DNA from: an uncultured virus (IMG/VR IMGVR_UViG_3300025018_003789)
Taxonomy: Duplodnaviria > Heunggongvirae > Uroviricota > Caudoviricetes
DNA length: 64,000 nucleotides
Direction: 5' to 3' (one strand)
IMG/VR virus record: IMGVR_UViG_3300025018_003789
Shown: positions 39,550 through 49,154 of the stretch, piece by piece
How positions within the stretch are numbered: position 1 is the stretch's first letter
Layout of the letters: the number at the start of each line of letters is the position of its first letter
The notes under the pieces: generated by a model
What the model saw: only the letters and a program-made list of their open reading frames with translations
The model's database searches: none
Told to the model about the DNA's origin: nothing
Position numbers and translations under genes: made by a program

Positions 39550-39626
39550 TTCCCTTTTCGGAGTATATCGTAATGTTTTTCAATCAAGACAAAGGTGATT
39601 AATATTTTCTTTGAGTAAATAGTATT

Positions 39627-40049
39627 TCATTTTACTTTCAGGGGTGTAAAATATGTCTTATCGGTATTTAATTTATCATTTAAGGTGGCAGATTTCGGCA
39701 TTAGTTGATTGACCATGCCTAAGTTAGAAAATATATAAGGTGTATTGAACAGGTATTTGTAGAACTCAGGATAGTAAGTGGAACACTTATAATTTTCAAG
39801 GTTAAGCCAAACACCTGGGAACCACTTTTTCTCTCTAAGTATCTTTCTGCCAATTTGGAGTGAGCCATAAAAGACAACGCATTCCTTGTCTGAGTCAGGA
39901 TATACGTTAGGGACACCTTTGAAATAATCAATGGTATCAATTACTTTATAATTCATCCCTAAGCGAGAAACAGCATCTTTCAAGCGGGAGGTTTCTTCTT
40001 CATCAACAGGGAAGTCTTCAAAAACCCATTTTACATCTTGTAAGTTCAC
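39627..40049 (-). pseudogene. N-terminal fragment of R2K-type ATP-grasp protein (apparently truncated)
   Basis: VVFYGSLQ; PGVW...ENYKCSTYYP...LFN..YIF; lacks the FIRP/EWRF core. Confidence 0.5.
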
Positions 40050-40110
40050 AGTAATTCATTTGACCAGAGGGATATAACTGGATTTACTGTATTACTTTAG
40101 ATGGGCACTG

Positions 40111-40386
40111 TCAATCTTCTAGGCCAAAAACCATATCTTCAATGATTTGGTCGTGCTTTCTCTTTTGTTTGGCACGTTCAGCCTTTGTTTTGCCTTTGGG
40201 TTTTGATTTGTAATTTTGAGAAGCAGTTTTGTTCGGAATGTCATCCCAAGCATTTGGTAGATGGGACTTATTCCTTTTAGATCTTACTTTGACGCCTTGT
40301 TCTTCAGCATCTTCCACATGCCTCATTTCCTGAGTGGTCTGTGGTCTTCTATAGTAACTCATATACTCTTCATTCTTTCTGGACAT
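40111..40386 (-). CDS. Hypothetical phage protein
   Basis: YRRPQTTQE.R...R.KR....LPNAWDD motif. Confidence 0.7.
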   Translation of the reverse strand: MSRKNEEYMSYYRRPQTTQEMRHVEDAEEQGVKVRSKRNKSHLPNAWDDIPNKTASQNYKSKPKGKTKAERAKQKRKHDQIIEDMVFGLED

Positions 40387-40476
40387 AAATTGATTTCTCC
40401 ATAGGATATATTCATTATACCCCTCATTACATAACTACGATAAAATTTATTAGGCCGATTATCTGGAATTTATATT

Positions 40477-40773
40477 TCAATCTCTTCCTATTAAAGATGC
40501 TCTTCCTATTAAAGATGCTCTCTCTATATCAGAGAGATAATACCAAGTTTTAGGTTCTACTTCAGGGCAATCACAAACATTTTGAAAACCATCATATTTT
40601 AATTGATAGTAAACAGATAGTTTATTTTGCATTGGATAATTATTTCCGTACATTTCTTTATTGTTAATTGATTTATTTATCAAAAGAGAAAAGGTTAGTA
40701 TAGTAGCACATATAAGTGTGACAACAAAAACAGGTGGTGCGTATTTGTTGAAAAGATAATTCATTGTACCCAC
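40477..40773 (-). CDS. Hypothetical membrane protein
   Basis: N-terminal hydrophobic helix; 18-nt tandem duplication at C-terminus. Confidence 0.5.
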   Translation of the reverse strand: MGTMNYLFNKYAPPVFVVTLICATILTFSLLINKSINNKEMYGNNYPMQNKLSVYYQLKYDGFQNVCDCPEVEPKTWYYLSDIERASLIGRASLIGRD

Positions 40774-40914
40774 TCCATAAAATCTTCTTCATTAATTCCT
40801 ATTTTGGACAATTCTTCTTTGGCGCTCCGGTAAGGATCTCGCTCCAAAGACTCTTCAGGCTCTTCAACATTAGAGATAAGTTCTATTTCATTGTTCGATT
40901 CTGCATCTTTCATT

Positions 40915-41373
40915 TTAATCACCTTCTGTTGGTTCGTTAGAGTATTGACTGTGCTTCCCTTTCATCTTCATACTAAACTTATGTAGGTCTGTAAAGAATT
41001 CTTCGGTTGGCTTGCTTACATGGTAGGCAAATATTCCACCAAAGTAAACACAGTAATGCTGTCTTTTTACACCTATGACAACCGTTAAGACCGAGGTCAT
41101 AGCAGCTCCGCCTATACCGCCATGCCCTAAAGCAGTAGAACCCCAAGTTTGTGGGAAGGCATAAATGTCAAAACTATCATTAGTAGAAGGTCTTCTCTTT
41201 TTCCTAATCTTTCCTCCCTTTTTGATTTCTTCTATTTGTTTGTTGAAGGAAACACTTTTGGACTCTCTATGTAAGGAAGAGTAATCATAGTCATCGTACT
41301 CAATGTCTGGAAGGTCAGTGTGAATGGCAGAGTAAAATGCGTCTGTATATTCTGTAATAAATCCTGCTCTCAT
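40915..41373 (-). CDS. Conserved hypothetical phage protein
   Basis: FPQTWGSTALG.GGIGG.AMT...TVV...VYFGG.FAY motif. Confidence 0.75.
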   Translation of the reverse strand: MRAGFITEYTDAFYSAIHTDLPDIEYDDYDYSSLHRESKSVSFNKQIEEIKKGGKIRKKRRPSTNDSFDIYAFPQTWGSTALGHGGIGGAAMTSVLTVVIGVKRQHYCVYFGGIFAYHVSKPTEEFFTDLHKFSMKMKGKHSQYSNEPTEGD

Positions 41374-42241
41374 TGTTTTGTTATCCTGTTTTGTTAATAT
41401 AGTAGTCTTTAATTGTTTTGATAGGAAACTCTATTTCCATTTCATTAAGTATCTTTTGTCTGATTAGTTTCATTTTAACTTCGTCCCACTCTTGATTGAG
41501 TTCGAGAAAATCCATTTGTGGGTAATCTCTGTTTTCAAATTCTATTCTTCCAATAAAACAATTATTGCAATCAATATCTATATACTTGAATGAAATACCT
41601 TCACGTCCTTCATAATACCCAAAATTATCATAAAGATACTCACTTACAATGTCTGATTCTGAGTATTCATCAAAGTTCTCAAAATTATCTTCTTTATATT
41701 TTTTGTAAGATTATAACAAGTTCTTCGAATCGGTCTGAACACAGAATAACTCCCGTGCCTTTGATGTAAGAGTTTCTTGTTCCCATTTCTCGCCCTTTCA
41801 TTAAGTGTCCACACCCTACAAAATAGAGTCCTACCTGTCAATCTTAATGGCCATGTATTAAAAGTGAAAAAGTGCCTGTACCCGTTAGCTTCGCCATTAA
41901 AGCACTGACTTTCCTTAAGAGTCAATGATAAAATTCTAAAATTTTTATGGTCTAGAAATTAATCCGAATCACCACAATAAAGGAAACCTAAGTGACCTTG
42001 AAATTATAGAAGGAGTCCTTGACTTACAATTCTAGTCTAAGTAGTTTAAAATCAGTCTTTTATTGCGCATAAAAAGGTTGGCTTTCGAAACAAAAAACAG
42101 AGTCTTTTGACACTGTAATAGGTAGAGGTTGCTTTTTTTTTATGAATCTGGCCTTTTCACATTGACTTTATTTCTGGGTTTGTGGACTGTCTCATCACTG
42201 GCGCAGAAACTAGCCAGAATTCACTCTAAAATAGGTTCGCC

Positions 42242-43256
42242 ATGAATCGCAGCAAAAACCACAGCAAAAATGCACCAACAATCCCTTTCAACAACGAAGA
42301 AGAAGGGTTAAATTCTAGCCCAAAAATTTCTCCTCATGAAATCAAGGAATGTAATGAGGTAGAGAATGAAGTTTTGGGATTTGAAATTAAGTCTCAAAAG
42401 AAATATGACGAGAAGAAAATTGACCTTGTTCAGGCTGAAATTTCTCCTGAATTGGCTGCTTCTTGGCTCAAGAATCGGAACAAGCAAAACCGTAAGGCAA
42501 GTCCAGGTCATATTCAAAATCTTAGTTTTGAAATGAAAAATGGGAATTGGGTTGACTACGTTGCCCTTATCGCCATTGATTATCTTGGCTTCTTGGCAAA
42601 CGGTCAACACACTCTCAGTGCTATCGTCAACTCAGGACGTTCACAAAAAGTGATTCTCGCCATCTACGTTGATTCTGAGTATATTAAGTTCGCTGATATC
42701 GGTAGAAAGCGAAACCCTTTCGAATCAAATGAAATCGCCAATCGAGACGAAATGTGGATGAATAGTAACAACTTTGGAAGCCTTGCCGCCCCATTGGTTA
42801 CTGGTGGATTCACAAAGAAAAGAATTGGCAAGACTCAAACCCCAACCCCTTCTCAGAAACTTGAAGCCAGAGGCTATCTTGCGTTCTGTTGTGGTTAGAG
42901 CCTACTATAGTGTTGATCATGACGTTCTCGAAAATTTTTGCAACATCATGATTCTCGGCAAACCTAAAGAAGGCACCAAAATCGACCTTCCTTATGATCG
43001 TGTTGTTGCTTTCCGTGACTTTTACAATCTGCGATCAAAGCAAAGTTATGTCTATGAAGACAAGAACAAACAAAAGGTTTCGAGAGAGCCTGGACGTGGA
43101 TATTCTGGTATTTCTATGCTACACAGAAATATCGAAATGATTATCGAGGAATACGTCAAGGGCGAATCCAACAAATCCCGCAATTTTGGGGGCAAAACAA
43201 TCATAAATCAGCCAACCAACATTTATCTTCTTCCTAACGAAAAGGTTGATGCATAA
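42242..43256 (+). CDS. ParB-like (NGQH) domain protein, split by frameshift near 42860
   Basis: ISPELA..WL..N..NR...EMKNGNW...G.L.NGQH.L.AIV.SG...DIGRKR; two overlapping ORFs. Confidence 0.6.
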
Positions 43257-44014
43257 TGGGGTTGGTCAAGGAACTACGACCCTTTGAAACACAGATGCGG
43301 GACATTTTGTTCCGCATCTGTGCCTTCGAACCTAAATTTTACAACCAGCAGGAAAAAAGACTTCTAAAATCTGATCGTTATGAGAGTGTATTATGTGAAG
43401 GATTGAAGAGTCTAGGTTTTGAGGTTGAAAAATTTAGTGGCAAAGACTATGACATTACTGTTAATGGTCATAAAATCTCAATCAAGAAGCAGAACCGAAT
43501 ATTTTCAAGGAACATACATTTAGGAAAGGTCTTTAAGCCAGTAGGGATGAAGGCAGTTCGGAATCTGAAATACGGCGAAAGTCCTGTTATCCTTAGAAAC
43601 AATCTGATGTCTGTAGATCGAGTGAAAAGGTTTGAATTACACAACTTTGAATCAGAGTATTTAATGATGATAGATTGTGTAACTTTAAGTGCTTTTGACG
43701 TTCTAGTCGACCATTCTATGTTAGGTATTGTTAAGATGAATAAAATACCTAAAGATTGGATTTCACCCTACGACAATGGACAAATTGGCTTGAGATTCTA
43801 CGAAAATCAAAAATTGGAAATGCAAATTCATGGATCTTTCGATTCTAAAATTGCAGAAATAGAAAGAGAAAGAAATTCTATTTTTTGTAATGAGATTCTA
43901 GAAAAGATGCACATGGAAACGGCAAAACCAAAAGGAAAAATTTCATTAATAGTGCCAAAAAAGAAAACAGCGAGATTACAAAAAAACATAAAATGGCCTA
44001 TATTCGTTGACTAG
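43256..44014 (+). CDS. Putative PD-(D/E)xK nuclease-like protein
   Basis: YE......DYDI.VNG.KISIK pattern. Confidence 0.45.
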   Translation: MGLVKELRPFETQMRDILFRICAFEPKFYNQQEKRLLKSDRYESVLCEGLKSLGFEVEKFSGKDYDITVNGHKISIKKQNRIFSRNIHLGKVFKPVGMKAVRNLKYGESPVILRNNLMSVDRVKRFELHNFESEYLMMIDCVTLSAFDVLVDHSMLGIVKMNKIPKDWISPYDNGQIGLRFYENQKLEMQIHGSFDSKIAEIERERNSIFCNEILEKMHMETAKPKGKISLIVPKKKTARLQKNIKWPIFVD

Positions 44015-44069
44015 AAAATGAATACACCCCTTATATAAGGGGTGTATTCTTATTATAGGAGAAAAAAAA

Positions 44070-44723
44070 ATGGATAAAAATCAAAAGTCTTTAATTTCTT
44101 TAAGGTATTGGCTTCAGGGTGCTAGTTATTCAAAGGCTTCTGCTGCTCTTGAACTTATGCTGTCTATCCAGAAGGAGATACGTAAGGATGGAGTTACACC
44201 AGAATACATTCATCCTATTCGAGTTACAAACTTCGCCCGAACACTTTATGGTAATCTTCTTTATCCTGAAGATACTATGATAGCTTTACTTCTTCATGAT
44301 GTTCCTGAAGATTACGATTTCTCTTTTGATGAACTAGAAAAGAAATTTGGATCTCGTGCAGTAAATGCAATTCGTCTTCTTACAAAAAAATATAGAGGTG
44401 CGAGAACTCCTGACGAACAATACTTTAAGTCAATGATTCACGATCCTATTGCCAGTATTGGTAAGGCTTGTGATAGAATTGATAATCAGGGTGATATGAT
44501 TAATGTCTTTACTCTTTCAGGACAAGAGCATTATGTTAATGAAACTGAGCAATTTATTATTCCAATGCTCAAAGAAGCACGAAGAGAGCATCCAGAACAA
44601 GAACCTGCTTATGAGAACTTAAAATATGTTCTTAAAAGTCAAATAGGTTTAATTAGAGCTATTCGTCGTGCCGAGAGTGGAGAGAAGCAATACTCCACTC
44701 CCAAAACGAAAAAGACTGATTAG
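44070..44723 (+). CDS. HD-domain hydrolase, small alarmone (ppGpp) hydrolase-like
   Basis: RKDG.TP.Y.HP..V; ALLHDV.ED; FG..V...LTK; K..DR.DN. Confidence 0.8.
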   Translation: MDKNQKSLISLRYWLQGASYSKASAALELMLSIQKEIRKDGVTPEYIHPIRVTNFARTLYGNLLYPEDTMIALLLHDVPEDYDFSFDELEKKFGSRAVNAIRLLTKKYRGARTPDEQYFKSMIHDPIASIGKACDRIDNQGDMINVFTLSGQEHYVNETEQFIIPMLKEARREHPEQEPAYENLKYVLKSQIGLIRAIRRAESGEKQYSTPKTKKTD

Positions 44724-45046
44724 TCTTTATTTTTTACATATTCTAGACAAACTTTTTCGATTGTATCTAAAAGTTTTTCTACGTCTTCTGGATCGGGAGC
44801 CAATTCTTTAACTTTGTTTAAAAGTTTGTCTCCCTCTTCCCCTTGCAAGAGAACTCTATATCTTGTTTTTTCAAAATCTTCATCTATAATAGATGCCTTT
44901 ACTCCTGCTGGTAAAACAGAGGTTGTAAAGAAGACTCCTGACTGTCGATCCATATATCTGATGTCAACATCACCTGCTTGCGATTCTCTTACAAAGAAAT
45001 TGTTTCTTGTCTTTGCTGATTCTTCAACTTTTTTTAAGTAGCTCAT
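44720..45046 (-). CDS. Hypothetical protein
   Basis: AAGGAGG RBS before MSYLKK. Confidence 0.6.
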   Translation of the reverse strand: MSYLKKVEESAKTRNNFFVRESQAGDVDIRYMDRQSGVFFTTSVLPAGVKASIIDEDFEKTRYRVLLQGEEGDKLLNKVKELAPDPEDVEKLLDTIEKVCLEYVKNKD

Positions 45047-45166
45047 AAAAGCCTCCTTTATACTTTTGTATAACAATACGAGTATTATTGCAAATATAGA
45101 TAATTTTTGGCCAATATGAATTAAGTCGTATGTCCTTGGAAACAAACCAAAGGATATATAAAAAAT

Positions 45167-45523
45167 ATGCAAATTATAATCACTGACTTAGAGGGAAAAA
45201 AACTTGAATTTGAATCAAAAAGAGTTCAGGTCACGAACGTAAGAGATTACTCTGGTAATCCGAGCGAAGAAATAGAAAGGTGTGAAATTAAAATTGTAAA
45301 CTGTACGTGTAGTTACAATGATGCTGTAGATTTTATTGGTGAAATCTATAGAGCAAAAGAAGGGTTTACTCTCGAAATGATCCGAGAGCATGACCCAAAC
45401 AGTTCAGTTTTAATTGAGAATATTAAGCCTTCTGGTTATGTTCAATCAAGCGATGATTCTTTAGGTGTCATAGCTTTTGAGAAGGCTGTTTTTTCAAATC
45501 ACGTTTCAGTGAATTTTAATTAA
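45167..45523 (+). CDS. Hypothetical protein
   Basis: 118-aa ORF with AAGGA RBS. Confidence 0.55.
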   Translation: MQIIITDLEGKKLEFESKRVQVTNVRDYSGNPSEEIERCEIKIVNCTCSYNDAVDFIGEIYRAKEGFTLEMIREHDPNSSVLIENIKPSGYVQSSDDSLGVIAFEKAVFSNHVSVNFN

Positions 45524-45803
45524 TTTCTTGACCATCAAACAAATCTAATTGGATGGAGTCATCGTTATTGCTGGTGACTTCATCTTTTTCTATTGGTGCA
45601 AAATTATCTTCAAAATATTTTTTTGCAACCAACCATTGATCTTCGTGGTTTTTTGGATTTCTTGCAATCATGTCACCCTCTTTGGGGCTTCCATTTTGTT
45701 TGTCTGCTTCTGAGATAGAAACTTTACTTGAAAGATTTTCTCCCAATTCATACGTTCTAAGCTCTGCAACTTCTTTGCGACGGTACTTTTTAAATTCACT
45801 CAT
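45516..45803 (-). CDS. Conserved hypothetical phage protein
   Basis: GSPK.GDMIARNPKNH.DQWLVA..YF.DNF; C-terminal QLDLF. Confidence 0.75.
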   Translation of the reverse strand: MSEFKKYRRKEVAELRTYELGENLSSKVSISEADKQNGSPKEGDMIARNPKNHEDQWLVAKKYFEDNFAPIEKDEVTSNNDDSIQLDLFDGQEIN

Positions 45804-45815
45804 TTTGATTTCCTT

Positions 45816-46526
45816 TTATTCAAATATATTTTTACTAATTGTTTTCTTACGAGAAGATCTTCTTGTTTGTCCGTTCAACATCGGGACTAATACTTTTTCA
45901 TAATATTCTGGATTTTGTTCAATAAGGACATATCCTCTATCGTTCAGTTTTGCAGCCAAACCAATCATTCCAGAACCAGCAAATGGATCTAATACGGTTC
46001 CGCCTTCAATGACGAAGTTTTTTATTAGTTCTTCACATTGATCTAGTGGACGAGGACAGGGATGTCCCTTTTCTATGGCATTTGTATTTAAAATGTTCTT
46101 GTAGGTTGCGGCCACAAAATAGTTTACTGATCTTGTTTGACTTTCAGGAACAAGTGCTTTTGCTCCTTCTTTATATTTTATAACAATGGGATCATAAGCC
46201 AAATTAATGGGTGTGGGTCTGAGTTGAACGAAGTTCTTAGCAGAAATGTAAATCGTGATATCCTCTCCAAACCAATCCCAAAAATAACGCATGTACTTAT
46301 ACGTTTGCCATACTGCAATAAATCCTCCAGGCTTGACTTTTCTGTAGGCTTTTTCATATATTGGTCCGAACCAATCCCAATAATCTTGTGGTGTTTTATT
46401 TTTTTCTTTTCCATCATCATATAAAAATCCTATTCCGAAGGGTGGATCAGTGACTAACGCATCAATTGATTCATCTTCGATATCATCTAACATCGTTTCA
46501 CATGGTCCTAAAATGGTTTTCTTCAT
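45816..46526 (-). CDS. DNA methyltransferase (N4-C/N6-A, beta class)
   Basis: VTDPPF catalytic motif then HPCPRP and VLDPFAGSG SAM-binding motif. Confidence 0.9.
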   Translation of the reverse strand: MKKTILGPCETMLDDIEDESIDALVTDPPFGIGFLYDDGKEKNKTPQDYWDWFGPIYEKAYRKVKPGGFIAVWQTYKYMRYFWDWFGEDITIYISAKNFVQLRPTPINLAYDPIVIKYKEGAKALVPESQTRSVNYFVAATYKNILNTNAIEKGHPCPRPLDQCEELIKNFVIEGGTVLDPFAGSGMIGLAAKLNDRGYVLIEQNPEYYEKVLVPMLNGQTRRSSRKKTISKNIFE

Positions 46527-46577
46527 CGGTTTCTCCCGTATAATCTTCAAGTAAATACGACACAAGAAAGGCCAAAT

Positions 46578-46802
46578 ATGGACTGGAATGATCTAAACGA
46601 AGAAGAAAAAAAACGCATGAAAAAATTCCTCCAAACCATCAGGAATCTTATTGCCGAAAAAATATCTGGTCGTTATCTATTAGAAACAGACAAAGAGTAT
46701 AATGACAGAATGGATGCAGAGTTCGAAAGGGATTTTAGCCACAAGTCTCCAGATTATTTTTTAAACCATCCAAATGAGGAGGAGAAAAAAGAAGATTTAT
46801 AG
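46578..46802 (+). CDS. Small hypothetical protein
   Basis: GAAAGG RBS. Confidence 0.5.
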   Translation: MDWNDLNEEEKKRMKKFLQTIRNLIAEKISGRYLLETDKEYNDRMDAEFERDFSHKSPDYFLNHPNEEEKKEDL

Positions 46803-46850
46803 AATAGATTTAAATAAGAATTAGAAACTTTCCATAAAGGGAGACATTAA

Positions 46851-47486
46851 ATGAAGAGAATATTTTTTATGACCACATTCCTTCTAGCAACTATATTTTT
46901 TGTAGGATGTGGCGGTAATTACACTGGAATGTATGTTGCCTCAACTAACAAATCTTTTATTTCAAATATAAGAGATTCCGAATTTGACAGACTATCAAAA
47001 GAACTTATTCAAAATAGAGTTGCCTTTGAAGAAGATTTAGATAATTTCTACATAAGAACTCTATATCTGGCTGAAAAAGAAGGAAATTTAGATACTGATG
47101 GTATTATCTACTTAAACCAAAAAGAAGCAGAGTTAAGAGAGCAAATGGATGCTGTTGAAAAACAATCTATTGACAATATAGATGCATACATTAGATCTTT
47201 TGATGAACAAATTGAGAAGAATGACAAATATATTGTTTCTATTCTCGACAGTGATAAGTTAATGGCAGAGAGAATAACTCAGTTGTCCATTCAATTAAAT
47301 GAGAAGATCTCAGTTTTACAGGAAGATGCTGCGAAACGTAGAGAAATTCAATTTATGAGAGCACAAGCCAAGATTAGAGAGGCTGACAATGAATCTGCTA
47401 GAATTAAATTAGAAGAAGAGATGTTTTTTGCGGAGTTTGAAGAAGTAGAAACGCCAGAACCAGTTACACCCGAGGGAGGATTGTAA
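46851..47486 (+). CDS. Lipoprotein with coiled-coil
   Basis: Signal peptide with lipobox FVGC; GGGAG RBS. Confidence 0.7.
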   Translation: MKRIFFMTTFLLATIFFVGCGGNYTGMYVASTNKSFISNIRDSEFDRLSKELIQNRVAFEEDLDNFYIRTLYLAEKEGNLDTDGIIYLNQKEAELREQMDAVEKQSIDNIDAYIRSFDEQIEKNDKYIVSILDSDKLMAERITQLSIQLNEKISVLQEDAAKRREIQFMRAQAKIREADNESARIKLEEEMFFAEFEEVETPEPVTPEGGL

Positions 47487-47487
47487 A

Positions 47488-47838
47488 ATGGATAAAGAAG
47501 AACTTAATAAGTATATTGATAAGGTAAAGAGTACTGACATCGCTGAATTAAGCGAAGAAGAAAGAGTTTCTTTAATTGAAGAGGGACTTTCAAAACTTCC
47601 AAAAAAGGAAGTTCAAGAGGCTCCTAAAAGATCTATGAGAGACATTGTAGATGAACAAGCAACCTTCGTAAGAATTAAAGGTGTGGATGTTCCTGCTCCA
47701 ATCAGAGGGATTGCTGACAATGATTTAGAGTTGATTGACAATATGATAGAGACTCGAAAAGCAACTGAAGAAGCCACCTACAGTGCTATTGGGACTGTAG
47801 TCTCATTACTTGTTACGGCAGCAATGTTTGTTAAATAA
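47488..47838 (+). CDS. Protein with C-terminal membrane anchor
   Basis: GGAGG RBS; hydrophobic C-terminus; terminator-like hairpin 47870-47899 follows. Confidence 0.65.
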   Translation: MDKEELNKYIDKVKSTDIAELSEEERVSLIEEGLSKLPKKEVQEAPKRSMRDIVDEQATFVRIKGVDVPAPIRGIADNDLELIDNMIETRKATEEATYSAIGTVVSLLVTAAMFVK

Positions 47839-47947
47839 TATTAAATCGTAAGTAATTGGATGGAGAACGACCCTTTCTTTTCGAGAGGGTTTTTCTTTTG
47901 TCGTTTAGAATTATATTACATGGTTTTTTATTTATGGAGTAATAAAG

Positions 47948-48445
47948 ATGAATCATGATGAATTGGTAAAAAGAGCCGAAAAATGGCTTAAAAACAGTAA
48001 AAAATGTGGCGTTGTCATGATTGAGTGGTATGGTGGCCCAAGGGAGACACCTGACGCCATTGGATGGTATGGTAGAGAAGAAGGTATTTTAATTGAATGT
48101 AAGTCTTCTTATGAAGATTTTAAGGCAGATTCAAGGAAATACTTTAGAAAAACTCCTGGGAGGGGAATGGGAAAGTTTCGATATTATATGGCTCCTCCAG
48201 GAATTATACCTTTAGATGAATTGCCTCCTAAGTGGGGACTCTTAGAAGTTCACGAAAAGATGGTGAAGAATGTAAAGAAGGCTCAGGAATTTGAATTAGG
48301 AATTGCTTCTCTTAAGAATGAAAGAAAGATAATGATTAATGCGTTAAGGGCTGTAATTTGTTCGACACAAAAAGATTTGTCTCAATTTAGAATTTGTAAT
48401 GATCCTAATTATGAGGGAAAGAGAAGAAAAAAGAAAAGGAGATAA
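47948..48445 (+). CDS. MmcB-like PD-(D/E)xK family protein
   Basis: E.PDAIGW...LIECK.S..DF.AD..K.FR...GMG..RYY..P.G.I...ELP..WGLL. Confidence 0.7.
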   Translation: MNHDELVKRAEKWLKNSKKCGVVMIEWYGGPRETPDAIGWYGREEGILIECKSSYEDFKADSRKYFRKTPGRGMGKFRYYMAPPGIIPLDELPPKWGLLEVHEKMVKNVKKAQEFELGIASLKNERKIMINALRAVICSTQKDLSQFRICNDPNYEGKRRKKKRR

Positions 48446-48448
48446 GAT

Positions 48449-48778
48449 ATGAATTATAGACAATGGCTAAATTCGATAAAAAAAGGCGCTCCTTGTTCAG
48501 TTAAAATTAATGGAAATGTAATTCTAAAGAAAACTATAGTTTCTAGAACTTCCCACTTTAGAAAAAGCACTGTTGGACTTTATAGAAAACATATAGAAGT
48601 AAATGGAATGTGGTTCGATGGTTATACTGGGATTTATTTGGACGGTAAAGGTAGGGAATTTCAAATAATTCCTCTAGTAGAAAATCAAAGGAAAAAAGAC
48701 AAAGAATTGAAAATAATAAGTTATATTAAATCTCTTTTGAAAGGAAAGAAATATGAAAAAAATAGCAATGACAAGTAA
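48449..48778 (+). CDS. Hypothetical protein
   Basis: AGGAG RBS. Confidence 0.55.
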   Translation: MNYRQWLNSIKKGAPCSVKINGNVILKKTIVSRTSHFRKSTVGLYRKHIEVNGMWFDGYTGIYLDGKGREFQIIPLVENQRKKDKELKIISYIKSLLKGKKYEKNSNDK

Positions 48779-49142
48779 TGAGATTAATTTAAGAGTTGCC
48801 GACATGAAGGAGTCTCCTAATACAGATCCTATTACCATTTCTACTGAAAACGGCGATTTTGAACTCTTTATAGATTCTTATAGAGACATGTATACTGTTG
48901 AGTGTAAAGATCCAGAAGGTAATTATTGGTCTTTGGATGATGTTTTTGGAACAACTGATATTTCTGAAGCTAGTCGTAGATTGAAAGAAGAGGCAGAGAG
49001 TCTATCTGTCAATCAAAAACTCAGTGGTAGTTGGAATTTAGAGGCTACCAGAGAAGAACTTGAGCGTTCAGAAGAAGAGAGAAAGAAGATTGTTACAGAT
49101 AACTATTCAGGGAATGAAACAGCGGACGATTTTCCATTCTAA
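48753..49142 (+). CDS. Acidic hypothetical protein
   Basis: GAAAGGA RBS; C-terminal DDFPF. Confidence 0.6.
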   Translation: MKKIAMTSNEINLRVADMKESPNTDPITISTENGDFELFIDSYRDMYTVECKDPEGNYWSLDDVFGTTDISEASRRLKEEAESLSVNQKLSGSWNLEATREELERSEEERKKIVTDNYSGNETADDFPF

Positions 49143-49154
49143 GGAAAAATATAA

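Noticed and set aside
46851..47838. Lipoprotein plus membrane protein pair as spanins
   Set aside because: Order and topology do not match i-spanin/o-spanin, and no endolysin or holin is nearby
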